Shown here one piece after another: positions 58,550 through 64,000 of a stretch of DNA of 64,000 nucleotides (positions within the stretch are counted from its first letter, which is position 1; every line of letters starts with the position of its first letter). The translations under genes were made by a program, and so were the position numbers. Origin of the DNA: Rhabdaerophilum sp. (GTDB lineage: Bacteria; Pseudomonadota; Alphaproteobacteria; Rhizobiales; Beijerinckiaceae); contig JBOFZC010000030.1 in the NCBI GenBank assembly GCA_051654985.1, forward strand, positions 19,920 through 83,919, in the 5' to 3' direction. The notes beneath the pieces were generated by a model. That model had not been told where the DNA came from, did no database searches, and saw nothing but the letters and a program-made list of their open reading frames with translations.

Positions 58550-59937
58550 ATACCCAAGTGACTAGTCCCGAGCACTATGGCCTGAGATTGTGCGTCGTCG
58601 AGGCAGGACGACGGCAGGTGCGATCCCAGCATCGATCAACGATCATCGCTGAAATCGGCCGGGAGATCACCTTTGTCCCGGATGCGCTGGATACCTACAC
58701 CTATGACGGATGGAAACCGATCCACCACGATCTTCTGGTCATAAGCGCAGCGGTTGAATATTCGGATCGCCGCACGGCAAGGCGGATCAGCCAGTGGGCG
58801 CGCGATTTTGACATCACGGTGCCCGTTGTCGAATGGGCTACGTGGCAACAACCCGAGGTGCAGGCGAGCCTTCGTGCTGCGTTGCGGCATCTGACCGGCG
58901 ACGAGTGGCACTTCACCTTTGTTCCCTGGCAGGGAGCAAGCGTTCTCGGCGCGCGGCAGCGGTTGCTCCCGTTTGGGACGGAAAAAAGCTTCGTCATCGC
59001 CTACAGCGACGGACTGGATTCGCGCTGTGTCTCCAAGGTGTCTGGGATAGGGCGCGATGCCGTTTGCGTCCGCGTTACCAAACATCGTCATGCCCATAAG
59101 GCGGGTGATGAGCCGTTCGACCAGATCCCCTTCCGTGTCGATGTCCCCTCCGCCCGGGAAAGCAGTGTGCGATCGCGCGGATTCAAGTTTGCCGCCGTGA
59201 CGGCTATTGCCGCGCATCTAACGGGACTGACTAGAATTGTCGTTCCTGAGAGCGGTCAGGGTGCACTGGGTCCGGTGCTACTGCCCTTGCACAACGTCTA
59301 TGCCGACTATCGCAATCATCCGACCTTTTTTCGCAAAATGGAGCGGTTCATCAGGGCGTTGCTCGGCCATCAAGTCCGCTATGAGCAACCGCGCCTCTGG
59401 AACACGAAAGGCGAGACGATTTCTGCCTTTCGGCTTGCAACGAATAAGGCAGTCGAGGAACTCTTCGATACTCGCTCGTGCTGGCAGCAGCGCTGGAACG
59501 CGAAGGTGGACGGCAAGCTGCGGCAGTGCGGCCTTTGCGCCGCTTGTCTGCTTCGCCGGATGAGTATGCACGCGGCAAGGATAGACGAGCCGAAAGACAC
59601 CTATGTCATCGCCGATCTGACGGTTCCGTCGTTTCAGGATGCGCTGCCGGGCAGGAAAAAGGTCCGACTCAGCCGGTCGATGGCCGAGTATGGCAGCGTC
59701 GGCGCGCGGCACCTCCAGCAATTGGCTGACTTGGCGGACCGGTCCGACGGAGATCTGAAGGTTCACGCATTCGAGATCGCGCGCGCGATGGGGGAGCCAC
59801 CGGACGACGTGTTGAAGAAACTCAGGACCATGTTGCTGACGCACGCGAAGGAATGGCGCGGCTTCATGGCCGCTCAAGGAGAAAAAAGCTTCCTCAGAAG
59901 CTGGACGAAGGGAGGGCGTCATGGCCGATCTGAATGA
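58546..59937 (+). CDS. QueC-like (QatC-type) PP-loop enzyme
   Basis: N-terminal DLL...AVEYSDR..W.RDF.ITVPV...LTGDEWHFTF domain, YSDGLDS PP-loop, RSRGF, PESG, TKGE, TRSCW, CGLCAACLLRR zinc site. Confidence 0.88.
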   Translation: MNTQVTSPEHYGLRLCVVEAGRRQVRSQHRSTIIAEIGREITFVPDALDTYTYDGWKPIHHDLLVISAAVEYSDRRTARRISQWARDFDITVPVVEWATWQQPEVQASLRAALRHLTGDEWHFTFVPWQGASVLGARQRLLPFGTEKSFVIAYSDGLDSRCVSKVSGIGRDAVCVRVTKHRHAHKAGDEPFDQIPFRVDVPSARESSVRSRGFKFAAVTAIAAHLTGLTRIVVPESGQGALGPVLLPLHNVYADYRNHPTFFRKMERFIRALLGHQVRYEQPRLWNTKGETISAFRLATNKAVEELFDTRSCWQQRWNAKVDGKLRQCGLCAACLLRRMSMHAARIDEPKDTYVIADLTVPSFQDALPGRKKVRLSRSMAEYGSVGARHLQQLADLADRSDGDLKVHAFEIARAMGEPPDDVLKKLRTMLLTHAKEWRGFMAAQGEKSFLRSWTKGGRHGRSE

Positions 59938-61111
59938 GTTGAGCGCACAGGAAATAGGTCGGCGCCTGCGTCTGGCTCGAGAGAATGCGGGCATTCGCCA
60001 GGATGAGGCGGCCGACGTAATTGGCATGTCACGCCCGACACTGGTCTCCATCGAAAAGGGCACGCGGCGCGTTCGCATACAGGAGCTACAATTACTAGCG
60101 CGGCACTACGGGGTCTCCGTCAACGCGCTTCTGCGTCGAGAAGCCGTTCATACCGATCTGGTGCCGCGGTTTCGCAAGATGCGGGAGACGGAAGACGACC
60201 ATACGCTGGAAGCCATCGAGCTTCTCAATGACCTGGTGAAGGCTGAAGTGGAACTCGAAAACGTCCTCGGCGTCGAGCGGAGGCGCCACTATCCGCCCGA
60301 GAAAGGGATCAACGACGGCGACGCTATAGAGCTAGCAGAGAAGCATGCGCAGGAGCTGCGTGATTGGCTCGGCCTGGGTGGAGGGCCGATTGCCGACATC
60401 TTTGCCGTCATCGAACTCGATCTCGGCGTTCGCCTGTACCAGCGACGCCTGTCCTCGACGTCAAAAGTCGCAGGCTTGTTCGCGTATGACGAGGTCGTCG
60501 GCGCATGCATTCTTCTCAACGCGAATCATCCGCTGGAACGGCGCATCCAGTCTGCTGCCCATGAAATCGGGCATTTCGTCGGAACGCGCCGAGTGCCCGA
60601 AGTTCTGGAAGATGACGAGCAGTTCTTCTCGCGGGACGAGCGGTATGCGAATGCTTTCGGCCGCGCCTTCGTGACGCCTCGAAAGAGCTTCTCGGAGTGC
60701 TTCAAACAGCTGACGGCTGGCGCGGACATGCTTACCCGTCGGCATGTCATTCTGCTGGCCCACCAGTACAACATCTCCCGCGAGGCATGCGTCCGTCGAC
60801 TCGAAGAGCTGGAGCTTTTAAAGAAGGGCACGTGGGAATGGCTCAAGACGAAGGGCGGGATCAAGGACCATCACGCGCGTGAAGTACTAGGAGACGCCGC
60901 CGTTCGTCTCGACATGGCCAAGACAGATGCCAACCGACCAATCTCCCACAGAATGAGCCTCATGGCGCATGCGGCGTGGAAGCGTAGCATCATGTCGGAA
61001 GGGCAGCTGGCGGAGCTACTGAGGATGCGGCGCGTTGAGGTGCGCGAGCTGATCGACCAGATCGAGCTTGAGGAAAACGTGACGGATGACCTTCTCAAGC
61101 TCCCTGGCTGA
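59921..61111 (+). CDS. XRE-HTH fused to ImmA/IrrE Zn metallopeptidase
   Basis: IGRRLRLARE...QDEAA...RPTLVSIEKG HTH, AAHEIGH (HExxH), ERYANAF. Start overlaps the QueC-like gene. Confidence 0.93.
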   Translation: MADLNELSAQEIGRRLRLARENAGIRQDEAADVIGMSRPTLVSIEKGTRRVRIQELQLLARHYGVSVNALLRREAVHTDLVPRFRKMRETEDDHTLEAIELLNDLVKAEVELENVLGVERRRHYPPEKGINDGDAIELAEKHAQELRDWLGLGGGPIADIFAVIELDLGVRLYQRRLSSTSKVAGLFAYDEVVGACILLNANHPLERRIQSAAHEIGHFVGTRRVPEVLEDDEQFFSRDERYANAFGRAFVTPRKSFSECFKQLTAGADMLTRRHVILLAHQYNISREACVRRLEELELLKKGTWEWLKTKGGIKDHHAREVLGDAAVRLDMAKTDANRPISHRMSLMAHAAWKRSIMSEGQLAELLRMRRVEVRELIDQIELEENVTDDLLKLPG

Positions 61112-61748
61112 TGACCACAGGCCGCTGGTACTCGACACGAGCGTTCTGGTGAACCTGCACGCCTGCACATACGGTGAGCGGGTGCTGTCGGCAATTCAAA
61201 ATGAAATCGTAGTTGCTGACATCGTCGCCGGCGAATTGGAGCACGAGACGAGCCGGAGGAACGGGGAACTCAGCTTCCTCCATGACATGATTAGACGCGG
61301 CAAGGTCACCATCATCGGCATGACCGAAGCGGAGGGCAACCTGTTTGCGAGGCTTTCCGGTGGCCCCTCCTCTCTGGATGACGGCGAAGCGGCCACGGTT
61401 GCCATCGCCACCCATCGCGGCTTCCGCACCGTCATCGATGAACGAAAGGGCCGCGCCCGCGCCGTGGCGATGATGAACGGCGACGCGCCCGCCTGGTCCC
61501 TTGATCTGCTACGACACATCAGCGTCATAAAGAGCCTCGGCGAGAAACTGGCCGCAGACGTCGTCTATCTGGCACTTCGATACGGGCGGATGCGCATCCC
61601 ATCGGAGTGCGGCGATGATGTCGTGGCTCTGATCGGACGCGACCGCGCCCTTGAATGCACCTGCCTGCCGAACTTCAAAAGCCTGTTGCAGGAGGCGCGG
61701 TCGAGCAATGAAATGGAAGCGGCACCGAGTTCTCGGAATCGGCGATAA
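61086..61748 (+). CDS. PIN-domain nuclease
   Basis: LVLDTSVLVNL, V..EL, LDDGEAATVAIA, IDERKGR, SLDLL. Start overlaps the peptidase gene. Confidence 0.88.
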   Translation: MTFSSSLADDHRPLVLDTSVLVNLHACTYGERVLSAIQNEIVVADIVAGELEHETSRRNGELSFLHDMIRRGKVTIIGMTEAEGNLFARLSGGPSSLDDGEAATVAIATHRGFRTVIDERKGRARAVAMMNGDAPAWSLDLLRHISVIKSLGEKLAADVVYLALRYGRMRIPSECGDDVVALIGRDRALECTCLPNFKSLLQEARSSNEMEAAPSSRNRR

Positions 61749-61821
61749 GACGCCGATCAATCCACATAATGAAAGACGAAGTTCGCCATATTGTGGCAAC
61801 ATTTAGTTGTGGAGGCACAAA

Positions 61822-63555
61822 TTGACTCGTATACGCGCGGTTGAGATCAAGCACTTCAGAGGGATAAAGGATCTCGTCTGGTATCCATCTCCCGGCATTA
61901 ACTGCTTGATAGGTCCTGGCGACAGTGGGAAATCATCAATTCTCGATGCCATCGACTTCTGTTTGGGTGCGCGTCGAAACATCCAGTTCACTGACGCGGA
62001 CTTCCATCAGCTACACGTAGAGACGCCGGTCACGATCACAGTGACGCTGGGCGAACTTGAGGATGGACTCAAGAACATCGACACCTACGGAATGTTCGTC
62101 CGTGGTTTCGACCCAGCGACCAAGAAAATCGAGGATGAACCAGAGAAAGACGCCGAAACGGTCTTAAGCCTGCGGCTGACGGTCGCCAGCGATCTAGAGC
62201 CGAGCTGGACGCTGGTGTCGGAGAGGGCGGAAGCGCAAGGCCTTGGCCGAAATCTCAGTTGGGGAGACCGCATCAGGCTGGCGCCGACGAGGATCGGTGC
62301 GCTGGCCGATTACCATTTAGGTTGGCGGCGCGGCTCGGTTCTGAACCGTGTATCGGAAGAGCGTGCGGATACTTCGGCCGCACTTGCGAAGGCAGCAAGG
62401 GATGCCCGGGCGGCCTTCGGCGAAGAGGCCCAAGGGCAACTTGGTGATACGCTGATGATCGTAGCGGCAACCGCCAAGGAACTAGGCATCCCGATAGGTG
62501 AGAATATCAAAGCGATGCTGGACACCCACTCCGTATCGTTCAGCGGCGGGACGATTTCGCTGCATGATGAGGGGGGTATACCGCTTAGGGGATTGGGCAT
62601 CGGGTCTACCCGACTGCTGATCGCTGGGCTTCAGCGAAAGGCGGCCTCTCAGTCGACAGTGATCCTTATCGACGAGCTGGAACATGGGCTCGAACCGCAC
62701 CGCATTATCCGCCTTCTAGGGTCACTCGGTGCCAAGGAAAAGACGCCGCCACTCCAAGTTTTCATGACGACACACTCACCCGTCGCGTTGCGCGAGCTCT
62801 CCGGCAGCCAGTTGTTCGTGGCACGACGGTCTGGTGACCGCCAAGACGTATTGAGCGTCGGCACCGCCGACGGTGTCCAGAGCACGATCCGGCTCTATCC
62901 AGATGCTTTCCTCGCGCCTTCGGTGATCGTCTGCGAAGGCGCAAGCGAGGTCGGTCTTGTGCGAGGGCTGGATCAATACAGGACAGCGCAAGGTAAGGAA
63001 GCCATCACAGCGCGGGGAGTCGCGTTAGTCGATTGCGGTGGCGGCGATTCTGACCGGCCTTTCGAAAGAGGAGGAGCTTTCCAAGGCCTTGGATACAAGG
63101 TTGCCGTCGTTCGCGACGATGACAAGAAGCCGACACCTGATATTGAAAGCAAATTTATCGCCGAAGGCGGCGAAGTAATTGCTTGGCGTGACGGCCGCGC
63201 ATTGGAAGACGAGCTCTTCTTAAGCCTGTCTGAAGATGGGGTCAGAAAACTTGTGGCTCGTGCGATCGATCTTCATGGCCACGATCTGGTGAACGAGCAC
63301 ATCAAATCAGCCAGCAAGAATGCAAAGGACCTTGGGGCGATCCTGACCGAGACAGAAGCAGGAGAAGTCACCACGGAAAGTAGAGCGGCGCTTGGCACAG
63401 CGGCGCGCACAAAACGCGCCGGGTGGTTCAAGTCGGTCACTTGGATGGAGGACGTGGCGCGAGACATTATTGGCCCGGACTTGCCAAAAGCGGATGCCAG
63501 CTTCCGCGACCTTGTTGAGAGCATCTTCGCGTGGAGCGCTAATGCCGATGCCTGA
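61822..63555 (+). CDS. OLD-family ATPase-TOPRIM nuclease (GajA-like)
   Basis: IKHFRGI, GPGDSGKS, GLGIGS, IDELEHGLEPH, TTHSP, VCEGASE, RDDD. GGAGG RBS before TTG at 61822. Confidence 0.92.
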   Translation: MTRIRAVEIKHFRGIKDLVWYPSPGINCLIGPGDSGKSSILDAIDFCLGARRNIQFTDADFHQLHVETPVTITVTLGELEDGLKNIDTYGMFVRGFDPATKKIEDEPEKDAETVLSLRLTVASDLEPSWTLVSERAEAQGLGRNLSWGDRIRLAPTRIGALADYHLGWRRGSVLNRVSEERADTSAALAKAARDARAAFGEEAQGQLGDTLMIVAATAKELGIPIGENIKAMLDTHSVSFSGGTISLHDEGGIPLRGLGIGSTRLLIAGLQRKAASQSTVILIDELEHGLEPHRIIRLLGSLGAKEKTPPLQVFMTTHSPVALRELSGSQLFVARRSGDRQDVLSVGTADGVQSTIRLYPDAFLAPSVIVCEGASEVGLVRGLDQYRTAQGKEAITARGVALVDCGGGDSDRPFERGGAFQGLGYKVAVVRDDDKKPTPDIESKFIAEGGEVIAWRDGRALEDELFLSLSEDGVRKLVARAIDLHGHDLVNEHIKSASKNAKDLGAILTETEAGEVTTESRAALGTAARTKRAGWFKSVTWMEDVARDIIGPDLPKADASFRDLVESIFAWSANADA

Positions 63556-64000
63556 GATCGACTTGCTCGCGGTCGACCGGGGGACAGTGACAGCGCCGGC
63601 CGGGTGCGGCAAGACACACATGATCGCTGAGGCACTGACGCGGCACAGCGGTGACAAACCCATCCTCGTTTTGACTCACACCAATGCTGGCGTCGTCGCC
63701 TTGAGAGGCCGCCTCGACAAAGCGGGCGTACCGTCGCAGGCATATCGGCTCTTGACGATCGACGGCTGGGCAATGCGGCTCATCTCGACGTTCCCTAAAC
63801 GCAGCGGACACGATCCAAATCTTCTCAAGCTAGCCAGCCCGGGTACGGATTATCCGAACATCAGGGTTGCTGCCTCAAAGTTGTTGAAGGCAGGCCACGT
63901 CGCTGACGTGCTCAAGGCGAGCTATGCGCGGCTCATTGTTGACGAGTATCAGGACTGTTCGATCCGCCAACACGCTGTTGTCGGCTTTGCGGCACAAACG
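63548..64000 (+). CDS. UvrD-like helicase (GajB-like), runs off the window
   Basis: Manual translation: MPEIDLL...APAGCGKTH, LTHTNAG, TIDGW, IVDEYQDC. Start overlaps the OLD stop. Confidence 0.9.
   Translation, partial: MPEIDLLAVDRGTVTAPAGCGKTHMIAEALTRHSGDKPILVLTHTNAGVVALRGRLDKAGVPSQAYRLLTIDGWAMRLISTFPKRSGHDPNLLKLASPGTDYPNIRVAASKLLKAGHVADVLKASYARLIVDEYQDCSIRQHAVVGFAAQT

Noticed and set aside
57971-59937. Canonical queuosine biosynthesis or complete QatABCD/dpd system
   Set aside because: No queD/queE/queF/tgt, no KAP NTPase, no TatD and no dpdA in the window. The enzyme is much longer than housekeeping QueC.
1-64000. CRISPR array, tRNA or rRNA
   Set aside because: No regularly spaced repeats or recognisable structural RNA sequences were seen by eye.

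Overview
Alphaproteobacterial (Hyphomicrobiales-like) mobile accessory DNA, probably a plasmid or ICE, built from four blocks. (1) 1-36.3 kb is cargo. It holds an ABC/COG4705/PepSY/DUF1003 cluster, a pile-up of broken IS3 elements, and a two-component-regulated RND efflux plus copper-chaperone operon whose three promoters share a 27-bp box. It also holds a complete ptxABCDE phosphite-oxidation operon, a MerR/P1B-ATPase Zn-Cd-Pb module, an acyltransferase-3 gene, nreAB with a divergent HupE/UreJ module, and a multicopper oxidase-CueR-CopA copper module. (2) 36.3-52 kb is a VirB1-11/VirD4 type IV secretion locus with two VirB5-like genes and a degenerate VirB1, plus a divergent five-gene operon of secreted Cys-rich proteins. 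No relaxase is visible. (3) 52-57.3 kb has an excisionase-HTH/PIN pair, an XRE regulator, a large ParB-like gene and a high-GC secreted-protein gene. (4) 57.97-64 kb is a co-directional putative defence locus: unknown helical protein + QatC-type QueC-like enzyme + XRE-ImmA/IrrE peptidase + PIN nuclease, then an OLD ATPase-TOPRIM nuclease + UvrD helicase (Gabija-like, cut by the window edge). The QueC-like/ImmA/PIN module is the best candidate for an undescribed system. All calls come from motif reading without database searches. No tRNA, rRNA or CRISPR array was seen.
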